Positions 13,018-23,493 of a stretch of 64,000 nt of DNA are shown here, piece after piece. The stretch comes from Moniliella sp. 'wahieum'. Lineage: Eukaryota. The stretch's first letter is position 1. Every line of letters begins with the position of its first letter. The stretch is taken from positions 1 through 64,000 of the forward strand of contig RSEE01000140.1 in NCBI GenBank assembly GCA_003971905.1. Direction: 5' to 3'. The translations under genes and the position numbers were made by a program. The notes under the pieces were generated by a model, which worked only from the letters and a program-made list of their open reading frames with translations, ran no database searches and was not told the DNA's origin.

Positions 13018-16000
13018 ATGTCTACCTTCAATGTCGTCTACATCTCTGCTGGCAACATCATTTTTGGCACGGACGGTGCGTCCCCTCCCCCTCTTTGCTC
13101 TGGCACTGGCTGAGCTGTAGTCTGACACGTGGACAGAGGGTGTCGGCCTCGCTACTACCACAGAATGTGAGCACTGAACGTCGTATTGGACTAAGAAGCT
13201 TCTGCGACTGACTCGTCCAGAACTGGTGCGAGCTCGGAAGGAATGAAAGCTGACTCACGTGACTCAGGTCCGCGCGGTCCTAGGACGGATGTCAACACCC
13301 CCGCTGACCGGAGGGCCCAGTCATGTGGACTGGATCCATCTCCTCGACGCGGAGTTGAGCAAGATGGCTTGTCAGGGCGGGACGGCCGAGAGGCTTGGTG
13401 AGGACGTCCGCTGGGTTCCTTTCGCGCGGGGATGTGTACAAGTATGGCCTCGCCCGAGTCCACGTGTTGCCGTACATTGTGGTACCGGATCTTCAGCTCT
13501 CGGAGCTTGCCGGTGCTGCCAAATTTGTGGGCGAGATCGACGACAGACTTATTGTCGCAATACCAATGAATGGGTGTACCCTCGCCGATGGCCCCAAGCT
13601 CGATCATGATGTTCTTGACATAGTTGGCGTCAACCAGTCCATCATATCCTGCCGTATATTCGGCGGCGGCGGTACTGGTAACGCTCTTCGGCTGAAGATG
13701 GATCGCCACGACACCGGCACACCGTACACCATCAGTAGGCATCCAGATGTGGAGCGTGCCTGGATGGGATCTCCCGCCAAGTCGGAATCTGTATACAGCG
13801 CAATGGCCGGTGCATCTGATGTTGGGGTCAACCTCAGGCCCTTTCCTCGAGTATGGTACAGGTAGCGAAGGAAGTCATCGACTGCTTGATGATGCTGCTG
13901 CGATGGGTCGGCAGCGGCTCTGCTGAGGGCCGTGATAGCGAAGAGGGAGTCAGGCCGGCCCATTCGTGCAGCCCACAGTCCCGATCCGATCTTCCCCTGA
14001 TATGCCTTGCGCAAGGCTGGGAGGGATGGGGGTTCAGGGTCGGCACGGGGCGGTATCATCCGTACGGATGTGGGAGAGTCCGGATCCACGGGCTTTGATG
14101 TGGTGCTTTGCCACCACTTCCTCGATGAACTTTGGTTGGCTCAGGTACAGCTCCCCACCGATCCGATCGTATTGGCATCCAGGTGGTAGTGAAGGGGACC
14201 GTTACCACGAACATCAATGTGTGTGTTTATCTCGGCCATAAACTCCTCGTACTTTTGGTGTGACTTGCATGCGAGGAGCAGATCGTCGGTGTGGACCGCC
14301 AGGAGGATCTGCTCACCCGGTGGTGCAGCGCGCACGAACAAGCAGGGCTCGGTCAAGCTTTGCGTGAAGCCGAGCTTGTCACGCAGCAGGTTCCGGATGT
14401 ATCGTGCCCAGTTTGCTCCGCTCTGATGTAGCCCGTATAGACTCTTCTTGAGACGCCACACGCGACCACCCGCTTCGGGGAAGTAGGGGGGTGGGCGGAT
14501 GTAGACTGCTTCTTCGAGGGGGGCGTTCAGGTACGCTGCATTGACGTCCGCCGAGAAGAGGCCAAACTTATACTTCTCGGCCAGCACGACGAGGGTCAGG
14601 ATGGCAGGTGTGCGCACCGATGGTGCGAACGTCTGGCCCCAAGTCTCGGCCGATTGTTGGTGTCCGCCCGCGACAAAGCGCGCGCGGTGGCGCAGGAACC
14701 GGCCCTCGGCGTCCGTCTTTGTGGTGATGCGCCATAGTCCTATGAGGATTTGTGCACCCGGTGGTGGGTACGTAGCCTCGTAGGTGCCGTATCGCGCGAG
14801 TGTGGCCACCTCGTCGGCCATAGCCTGCTTGACCATGGCAAAGGAGGGGTGAGTCTCGAGACCCTTGAGCGTCTTGGGAGCGAGGGGTACGCCATCCTTG
14901 GTGAGCTGAACCGTGTCCGGGTGGATGGGTGCGCTGAGAGCAGTCATGGCGGCGTATTCGGGAGGTTGAACTGTGTCGGCAAACGGGGGGGCGGATGTGT
15001 CAGGTAGGGGGCGGGCGATGCCGATCTCTGGTGCGGCGCAGTGGGGCGTGGCGGCTGCAGCACGAGCATGGTAGGTCGTGTCGGTGGGGTCGTCAGCGAT
15101 TGGGAGTGTGTGCAGGTCGAGGGAGGTGCGGGTGGGTGCGCTGAGGGGGTAGCGGCGCGGAGGGGGGGTGGTGGTGGGAGCGGGTGTCTGGGGTGTGGCG
15201 GCGGTTCGGGGCATGGGTGCTGCCGCGGCTGGCGGAGTAGGGTTAGCGTCTTTTTCACTGTCGATTTTAATTTGAGGTGATTTGGAGATGTCGGGTGGGA
15301 AGTGGTCGGGGTGGAGATGGGGGTAGATGGCGTTGCCCCATTTGTACGGTTTCGACCAGCGGTAGGTGAAGGTACCCAGGGATGGTTGGTATGTGGCGAA
15401 GAGCCATCCCTTTGATCCGCGCTGATGGTGGTATCCTACCAGCATACCTTCCTCTGCCCGCGCGCTGAGCTTGTGCTCGCGGCGTGACTCGGGCAGATGG
15501 AGGTATGCAACGCGGCCAAAGGGTTGCATCGGTAACGAGTATGCGTGGCCTTTGTATCGCTCAAATCGCGATTTGTTGTCTTCCCCGGATGTTTTGAGTG
15601 GCATTTGGTTTTGGGTGAAGCACGCAGCGTGGAGGCTGTGTTCCCACCAGTCCGACGTCGGAAGACCTGTACCCAAGAGCAACTGCCTTGCACGAGTCGT
15701 TATGGTTCGGATGGCACGCTCAGCCACACCGTTGCTAGCACTCTGCCCCGGGATTGTCCGTTCTGACGTGTGCCTTGCTCGTCCAGAAAAGGTTGCAGTG
15801 CGCTTGTCAATTCGGGGGCGTTGTCCGTGCGCAAAGTCCGCAGCAGTCTGTCCGGGCCGTAGCGTTGCTCCCGCAATATGAGGTTCCGCAGTTCCTTCGT
15901 TGCAGCGCCCTTTGTCGGGATCGCTGTGGTGAAGACGTACCGCGTGAAGTCATCAACGGCGACGAGGGCGTATCCGTGCCCCATGCCGGTTACCCGGGGG

Positions 16001-19000
16001 AGGTCTACTACGTCGACGTGGAGGACCTCGAAAGGTCTTTTGGATCGGAGGCGGTCCCGGCTCGGATGGGGCGATGCTGTCGCTAGTGCCACCGCGCATG
16101 TTGGGCAATCCCACTCTGAACGACAGAGGGAGATATGCTTGGCTGTGACGCGGAGGCCTGCGGTTTCCGATCGTGTAAGCCAGGGGAGGAGGTCGATGGC
16201 TGCGTGGTTCCAGCGTTTGTGGGCTTTAGAGACGTGGTCCAGGGCCAGGGATGCTGCGAGGGAGTTTGGGGTTGAGGGTGGGTCGGCCGGTTTGATCGGT
16301 TTGGTCGCCATGGCCCGCAGGGGTGTGGGTGGCGTTCGCGGGTTGTGTAAGATCGTGAATTGATAGTCACTGCCGGTTACTTTTCGTAGGGTGGATCCTG
16401 GGTTACCAAGCCAGATACCCTTCTGGTGTGGGGCGAAGTATGATGCGATTCCGGTGTTCGACAGGTGTGCTACACTGACGAGATTTCGGCTGAAACGGGG
16501 CATGTATAGGCTGTTGGGGAGTTTTATCTCCATTTGGTGTCCTCCTAAGCATCGGATACGGATTGTGGCCGTGCCTCGTCCTTCCGCCTTTACATGTGTC
16601 CCGTTAGCAACCTCTATCTCGTCGTCGCAAGGGGTCATGGATGTGAAGACGGATTTGTCTTTCCAAATGGATGGGAATGCCCCACTGTCATATAATGCCC
16701 GGATGATTCGCATTTCGCCCCCGAGTTCCTAGTAGTCAGCTGTGCCCGCATCAACGTCAATCACTTCAGACTCGGGAGAGCTCGCTCTCTGAGCGACGTG
16801 AGCGTTGGCTCGGCCTGGGTTGCGCGGAGGGACAACAGGTTTATTAGACGTCGCGCTGCGCCAGGGTTGGTTGGTGCGGTCTTGCCCCTTGGTCTTTGTG
16901 TCCGCGAGGTTGTCGTCGCCGGCTTTGCCCCCGCTGGAGTTTTTTCCCCCGCTGGTGGGTCGTCCCCCGCTGTCGGGTCGAGTCCAAGGCGTTCCTCCGT
17001 TGACCGGCTTGCCTCCGTTTCTCTTCCTTTCTCCACCGGGATACGTGGCGGCTGGTATGTCCATCACGGCCTGCCGTAACTTGTCTAGACTCGAGCGCTC
17101 TTCACGCTGGCGAATGCTCATGTCGCGTAAGCCGAGTAGGATCCCAGTGCGTTCCTGCTCTTCCGTAAGTGGGATGCCCGCTCGCGTCAGGCTTGCACTG
17201 ATCTCTTCCATGTAGTCGAGGTAGTCTCGACCCGATCGGTTTCCTTGGTCGGCCGAAAAGTAGCGAATGAGTAGAGGCCCTCTGTTTGCGGTAGGCGTAT
17301 ATCCATACCGCTGACGCAGCATGTTCAGCGTGTCCTGGGTGCATGATATTTCGTGGTGGGTGCGGATCGTCCGGAAGAGGGTTGACGGCATGGCTTCCCT
17401 AAGAAGGTTGTGCAAGCGTCTGTCGAGGTCCTCGGTGAAGTAGCGGGAGCTGCGACCATTCTGGACGACGTCGCTTGCGTGGGGGTGGGCATCTGTTATC
17501 GCGAAGAGAAATTCGTCTTCCCAAGCGCTGTAGGCGGACGGGTCTTTGTTCAGATCAGGCCACTTGATATTCTTGGTGGGAGACTCGCGTAGTGATCTGT
17601 AAAGGTCGTACTCGGGTCGCGAGGCTGCGCCTGTAGGTGCCCCCAAAGTTGCGTTGGGTTGAGTTTCCATTTGGTGGATGTTTTGCACCACAAAATTCGT
17701 AGCCCGTCGAACCCAGTTTGTCGTGATAGACGTAGGTTCGTCCTTCCATCCAAGCCACTCGGCTCTGTCGTGTATAGCTCTGTTGATCTTCTCTTTAACG
17801 ACATCGATGTCGTTCGTCTTCTTGAACCACAGGTGCGCTTCGGCGCAAAGCATCATGAGTTCCTCGTTGTCGGTGCCAATCGGTGGCGGATCGCGACCGG
17901 TTGGTGTCCAGTAATCGCGCTTGTTCACCATTGTGGTGTCGCTGACCGAGAGATCGGTGTTAGCGTTGGCGCCCATGGTTGTGGGTGTAGTTTTGGCCAG
18001 CTCAGGGATGAGCAGATAAGGATGTAACTCTGTCGGCCTCGCTACTACCACAGAATGTGAGCACTGAACGTCGTATTGGACTAAGAAGCTTCTGCGACTG
18101 ACTCGTCCAGAAGACTGGTGCGAGCTCGGAAGGAATGAAAGCTGACTCACGTGACTCAGGGTCCGCGCGGTCCTAGGACGGATGTCAACAGAGGGGCCTT
18201 GGAACCACTCGATCCGGCTGGAACGCAAGCTCGGCGACCGCCTGCGCGTCGTCGCTCTGATCGACCCAGCTACAGAGCTGGCCCAGAAGAAGATTGACAC
18301 CAAGCGTGCCAACAAGGAGAAGACTGTGGCTGCGGCGTATGCCAACACGGCCATCTTCCCTTCCTTTGACGCCTACATCCAGTCGGGTGCGGCCGAGAAG
18401 ACCAAACCAGAGTACGTGTTGTTCGTTGTTTTTGCTCGTGTAAATATGTACCTGTACTGTACCTGTACCTGTACCTGTACCTACCTGTACCTGTACATGC
18501 GAAGGGGCTTTGTGTGGTTGTGCCGAGCCAAGTTGGATGCGAACTAACGTGCGAACCGTTTGACAGTGCGGTCTGGATTGGTGCGCCGCCGGCGTTCCGA
18601 GGCCGTACCGAGCCGGGCCGGAACATTGAGCAGCTGGTCATGGCAGCGTTTCCCAATGTGGGCATCTTTATCGAGAAGCCCGTGTCGAGGGACCGGTGGA
18701 CCAAGCGCTTACCGTTGCGGACCAGCTGGAGGCCTACCCCGGTCCCACGGGGGTGGGGTACATGTTGCGGTACCTCAAGGTGGTGCAGAAGATGAAATCG
18801 ATTCTGGAGGAGAACAAAAAAGGTGATGGCGACGAATGCGCGGTACGTGATGGCGTATGAACACACGGCCAAGCGCCGGCGTGGTGGGACAAGAGCAAAG
18901 ATCTAGGTCCGATCATTGAACAAGCCACGCACTTTTGTGATTTGAGTCGCTACTTTGGTGGGGACGTGGTGTTGGATTCGATTCTGGCCACTGCATTGGA

Positions 19001-19452
19001 ATTTGATGAAGCGCCAGGCCACCTGTCCAAGGTGCCCGTCGACGAGAGTGTCATCCCGCCGGAACCGGATTCCTCGGGTGACAGCGGCCAATTGGACCTA
19101 CACCTCGGGCGCAGTGGGCAGCCTAATGCACTGCGTTGCTCTGCAAGGTACCGAGTACCAAACTGAACTGGACGTGTGGGCCGATGGGTACTCGTTGCGC
19201 CTCGTCGACCCGTACAACGATCCTACTCTCTACGTCCGCTCGCCCGGCTCGGACAAGGAACAAGTGTTCCGCTACGAAGACGATCCGTTCTATACCGAGG
19301 TGTCCCACTTGATTGACGATATTGAGAAGCCCGGCTCGGCACCGATCCTGTCCACGTTCAAGGATGCGGCCAAGACGTACGAATTCACTTGGGCCATCCG
19401 TCGCGCGTCGGAAAAGTCGACGGCAGAGCGCCGGGCCAAGCGCGCGGCCTGA
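13018..19452 (+). CDS. NAD(P)-binding Gfo/Idh/MocA-type oxidoreductase interrupted by a copia element; exon1 13018-13075, intron 13076-13136, exon 2 resumes 18192, intron 18412-18566
   Basis: Removing the element gives MSTFNVVYISAGNIIFGTD-EGPWNHSIRLERKLGDRLRVVALIDP; later IFIEKPVS, GPIIEQATHFCDLSRYFGG, DAAKTYEFTWAIR. Confidence 0.85.
13141..13297 (-). repeat. 3' LTR (157 bp)
   Basis: TGTCGG...GTCAACA; matches 18031-18190 except for a 2-nt and a 1-nt indel. Confidence 0.97.
13292..16728 (-). CDS. pol: Copia Pol (aspartic protease, integrase, RT, RNase H); several apparent indels
   Basis: PR LYDSGA; IN HKRWNH..CPTC, VLHVD, VDDFTRY, LRTDNAPE, NGVAER; RT RARFVAGG, DVNAAYLN, LKKSLYGLHQSG, VHTDD; RH YTDSDLAG, RSTSG, AEY, YCDNKS, NPADVLTKPL. 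Confidence 0.93.
13298..13305 (-). other. Short polypurine tract (AGCGGGGG) abutting the 3' LTR
   Basis: Minus strand reads AGCGGGGG-TGTTGACA. Confidence 0.65.
16729..17976 (-). CDS. gag: Gag (415 aa; no CCHC knuckle seen)
   Basis: Uninterrupted ORF from the ATG 54 nt after the 5' LTR to TAG at 16729-16731; copia-like YSAWEDEF and LRQRYG segments. Confidence 0.8.
   Translation of the reverse strand: MGANANTDLSVSDTTMVNKRDYWTPTGRDPPPIGTDNEELMMLCAEAHLWFKKTNDIDVVKEKINRAIHDRAEWLGWKDEPTSITTNWVRRATNFVVQNIHQMETQPNATLGAPTGAASRPEYDLYRSLRESPTKNIKWPDLNKDPSAYSAWEDEFLFAITDAHPHASDVVQNGRSSRYFTEDLDRRLHNLLREAMPSTLFRTIRTHHEISCTQDTLNMLRQRYGYTPTANRGPLLIRYFSADQGNRSGRDYLDYMEEISASLTRAGIPLTEEQERTGILLGLRDMSIRQREERSSLDKLRQAVMDIPAATYPGGERKRNGGKPVNGGTPWTRPDSGGRPTSGGKNSSGGKAGDDNLADTKTKGQDRTNQPWRSATSNKPVVPPRNPGRANAHVAQRASSPESEVIDVDAGTADY
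18031..18190 (-). repeat. 5' LTR (160 bp)
   Basis: Direct repeat of 13141-13297. Confidence 0.97.
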
Positions 19453-20671
19453 AGCAAGGTTGAGTCCCAGATCACATGTCACAGCAGAGAGTCCAAGGCC
19501 TGCCTTCTATGGATACACTTGGGCCGTCCACTTCCCCCACGGCTTCTCCACGCTCGCCAGCAATGAAATCAGCGTTGATCGTATTACTTCCTAACCACGT
19601 CCTGTGGCCTCACTTGCCCCTGGTACCCCTGCGGGGGGATACAGCCGTACTGCTCGCCCATTGTCCCGCACTCGTACACTCGTACAACGTAGCCTCGAGA
19701 GGATCGTAGTGCAGACGCGATGTAGCCATTCCCTTACGGACTCGTTGAACCTCCCCTGGATCCACAGGTCGGATTGGATCGAGTCAGTCGTTTGCTAGTC
19801 GGCTTGGACTTGTAGCAACGAAGCTCTCGCAGCTGTCCGGTCCATATTGAAAGTGACCAGTCCCTCGCCGCTGCAAAGGTGCCAACCCCGGCCCCACAGT
19901 CTTGAAGCAGAAGAGGAAATTGAGACTTGTGGGTGGTGAAAGGGCGGAGACAGAATACCGAACCCCACAGACATGCAGGAGGAATGCCAGGTGCACCGGG
20001 GGCAACCTGAGCATTTCGTCAATTTCATCGCTTTCCTCATCTAGTATCTACCCTCGACTGGTGTCGAAAGTAGCTGGAGATCTTTGGCACCCGGAGGATG
20101 GGGCGGGAAGGACACCCACGAACCAGGTTGGTTTCGCCCTAGTTTTAGACCGGTCTCGCACTGTCCCAAGCCCAGCAATTAAAATGGATTCTCTTTCCAC
20201 ATGCAGTACCATAGTTGGATCTGCAACACAGGTCCCACCATCCCGCCTCATTCGGACAGTCATGATTCTACCGGTTCCTATCTCGCTGGTTTCACCATGC
20301 ATGCCAACCACTAGGCGGCGTCAAGCTTCAAGTCTGGGAGCCCCGCTTGGGGAGGAATAAGAGGACGTTTGATTTGGAAGGCATAAGGGCGACGTGATCG
20401 CAAATACGAGAACCATAAGCGAGGGAAGGAAGGGGGCGGGAGCGCCAGGCAGCTTACCCCAGAAAAAAAAGTGCTATCGAGAATGGCAATCAAGTACAGG
20501 AGCAAGGCACGTCCAAAGCCATACGTTGCACATGATCCATCCCATCCAATCCAATCCCATCCCATTCCATCTCATGCAATCCATGTACTGTGCCAGGTGG
20601 GCGAGACGGCACGACCATCGCGCTCCCCGGGTGGCGCGGTGCCAGTGAGACACAACGCACGGGACACGCAC

Positions 20672-21255
20672 TTAGGCCGACTCGGCAAACGAGAAGACGA
20701 CGTTCTTGCCCGTCAGCTGCTTGTACACGGCGCTGAAGGTCTCCGTCTTGTACTCGAGGGCAGTAATGTCCTTGGCGTCGAGGAAGCACTTGATGAGTTT
20801 GGATCCGTCGACGGCAAAGCGGGTGCGGCGAGCGACAATGTCCGAGGGAAAGACAAGTCCTCGAGGATAGCATCGTGCACGGCGGTGAGGGTGCGGGAGC
20901 GCGGGCGGGGCTGCTTGGTGCCCTCGGCGCGAGCGGGCTTCCGAAGAATGCGGCGTTGGCCTACAAAGATCACATGGCGGTCCGAGAACTTCTTTTCGAG
21001 TTCGCGCGTAAGCCGGGCCTGGATCTTGTGGTACGCCTTGAGCTGCGGCATGGGCACAAAGATGACAATGGCCTTTTTGCCACTCTTGACTTCGACCTCC
21101 TTGACCGACGAGATCTGCAACGGACGCAGCTCGGCCGTCAACTCCGCCACGCTGCTCTCCAAGTCCAACAGGGCCTGCGCGACCGACGTTTCGATCTCCG
21201 AGGGCGGCGTGGTAGGCGCGTTGGCCGAACGGAAAATCTTGGTGGCGACCGACAT
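20672..21255 (-). CDS. RPS7: 40S ribosomal protein eS7 (one indel near 20853)
   Basis: [62 protein letters not shown]. Confidence 0.97.
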
Positions 21256-21260
21256 GACGA

Positions 21261-21453
21261 CTAGAGCAGAACCAAGGGGTCCAGGGTCAGCCAACTGCCC
21301 TGTCCGCATGGTCGGTCCAAACGAGGGAGGGGACTTCAGCTCTGGGGCCGGGCAGCAAGCGTGCGTGAGCGTGCCTCCGCACGGAGCACGGAGCACAAGG
21401 CACGCTGCGCCCGGCGCAGCCCTCGACGTTGTTCCATGCAGAAAAGGACTTAC
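21261..21453 (-). other. Probable 5'-UTR intron of RPS7
   Basis: GTAAGT donor at 21453, GCTGAC branch site, TAG acceptor 5 nt before the ATG. Confidence 0.7.
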
Positions 21454-21828
21454 CACAGGTAGATGGGGGCTGGAGGACAACAAAACCGACTGCCGCCTCG
21501 CATTCCCCGGGTGGAGCCAGCCGGCACGGCAAGCCGGAAAGTGAGAGGCGGAATAACGCCCCCTCGCACGGCAACACTGTGCCCCGCCGCAGCTCGGCGT
21601 AATCGAACGGTTAGGGTTGGCGCGTCCTTCGCCATGAGTGCTGGGACGACACTTGCAAGTTTCCTTGGTTGCAACTGCAAGAATCACATATGACACGTCA
21701 CATATCACACGTCACACCCAAATACGTAAGCACATCGCCGCCGTCAGCCTCAAGTGTCGCGTGGACGTGACGCGTATACGACCTCTGGGTTGCTCCACCG
21801 CCAACCGCATTTAACCCGTCGTTTACCC

Positions 21829-22387
21829 ATGTCAGACGTACGTCGCCATTTCTTCTACAGCAACATGGCGAACTGACTATCTTGCTTGCCCATATCACAC
21901 TACCTACCCCACCACGCGCTTGCCAATCAGCGTGTCTGCCAGCGCTGCCAGGAACCTGGCCACACACTCAAACATGCCCGCGCCCAATTGCGTCTTTGAA
22001 CGAGGATCCCAAGCCTGAAGCGCCCCCTCAAACCTCAGGTCCTGCACCTGTCGTTTCCAACGCCAAACCAGGCAACACTGTACGTTCGCGCGCTCCCTTT
22101 TCCTGTCTCCCTGGCTCCTTCGCCCCCATCCACGTATCCACGTATCCACGCATTCATGCATCCACGCATCCACTAACCCAGCCACGAAGCCTGCCCTTCG
22201 CCGCAGCTGCATTCGGTGCATGAAGTTTGGCCATACTTCGGCCACGTGTCCCATCCCGGTTGAGAGCTTCTTTGGAATTGCTCTTGGACCGAATCTGCCT
22301 CCCCCCGGCCCCGATTGCGATGAAAATGGTCGGCACCGCATCCCGCTCGAGATCATTCTGGATCCTACTCTTCCTGACCCGTGCTGA
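21829..22387 (+). CDS. Small three-exon protein with two CCHC zinc knuckles, divergent from RPS7
   Basis: ATG TCA GAC, intron 21838-21930, RVCQRCQEPGHTLK(T)C, intron 22080-22206, CIRCMKFGHTSATC ... TLPDPC*; indel correction needed. Confidence 0.65.
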
Positions 22388-23493
22388 ACGCTGAACATGC
22401 TGAACGTTGAACGTGCTGAACGTTGAACGTTGAACGTTCAACGCTGCGCGCTTGGTCGGCGGCGTTGGATTGAGTACGCATGTGATTTTGTTTTCCCTGG
22501 TTTTCCTGTACGTGGCGTCTTTCGCCGACATTTCGCCTGAGGCTCAGGCCTGAGGGTCGTGGACTATTTGATCAATCCGTAAACATTGTCCAGTGATTGT
22601 GTAGGGTGGAGGGAACGAGGTGGCACGACGAAGGAGCGTGGAGTGAGCAACGTGTACCTGGTTCGTGCTAGTAGCCGGCCAACGCAATCACACAGGTTCG
22701 GTCAAATGATGTATGAACGTATGAACGTATGAACGTAGGAACCGCTGAAGCTAAAGCTTGAAGCTTTGAAGCTTGAAGCTTGAAGCTTGAAGCTTGAAGC
22801 TTGAAAATATTGACTAGTGACTAGAGTTATCCATTCAGCCTGGGTGCCTGACCAGTACAGACGCACCAAACCGTCCGTGGAACCATGCGGCGCATACTCG
22901 TTCGGAGAGATTGGGATGCGGGGCGCACATGCCGGCAGTCCCCCACCCTCCAGCACACCCGATCGCGACATGAAGGGGATGCGTCTGTGTGTCTGCTGGG
23001 TGGCATTGGCTGGGTCCTGGCTGGTGGTGCGCCAGCGTGGCGCCAAACACGCGGTTGTCGCACATGCCCAACGCACCACCGCCCCCTCTCCCCCCCGCAG
23101 CAGAGGGCAGCAGCGCAGCAGGAGACAGCCACCGGAGCGTGTCTGGCCACTGGGTGTGTGTGGGATGGGTGGGGGCGGGGGCGTGCTCTCGTGGCACGCG
23201 TAGCAGGGGACCAGTGCACTGCGTATACCCTGGCAGCTCGGCCTCCCAGCACCGATGCCGCATCCGGCAACACCCTCCCCCTGCTCCCACGGGGGCAGCC
23301 TTGCCATCGACGTCCTACCAGCCGATCATGCACTGGCGCCGTGCCCGCGCGCCGCCGCCGCAGACGTGGCACCCCGCCCGTGTGCGGCACCACTTGACGT
23401 GGCCGGGCGCCGCACACACTACGCCGCCGTGCCGGCGCGGTGGAGCAGCACACGGCCGGAATGGGCTGCCGGCCAAGCCCACAGGTGGCAGGG

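Larger units (their letters stand above)
13141..18190 (-). mobile_element. Full-length Ty1/copia LTR retrotransposon, 5050 bp, 5-bp TSD GAGGG (13136-13140 and 18191-18195)
   Basis: Two TG...CA LTRs, exact TSD, domain order gag-PR-IN-RT-RH, purine run before the 3' LTR. Confidence 0.97.

Noticed and set aside
17977..18354. N-terminal extension of the 541-aa gag ORF through the LTR
   Set aside because: It crosses the LTR and TSD into the antisense strand of the host gene; the real start is probably the ATG at 17976
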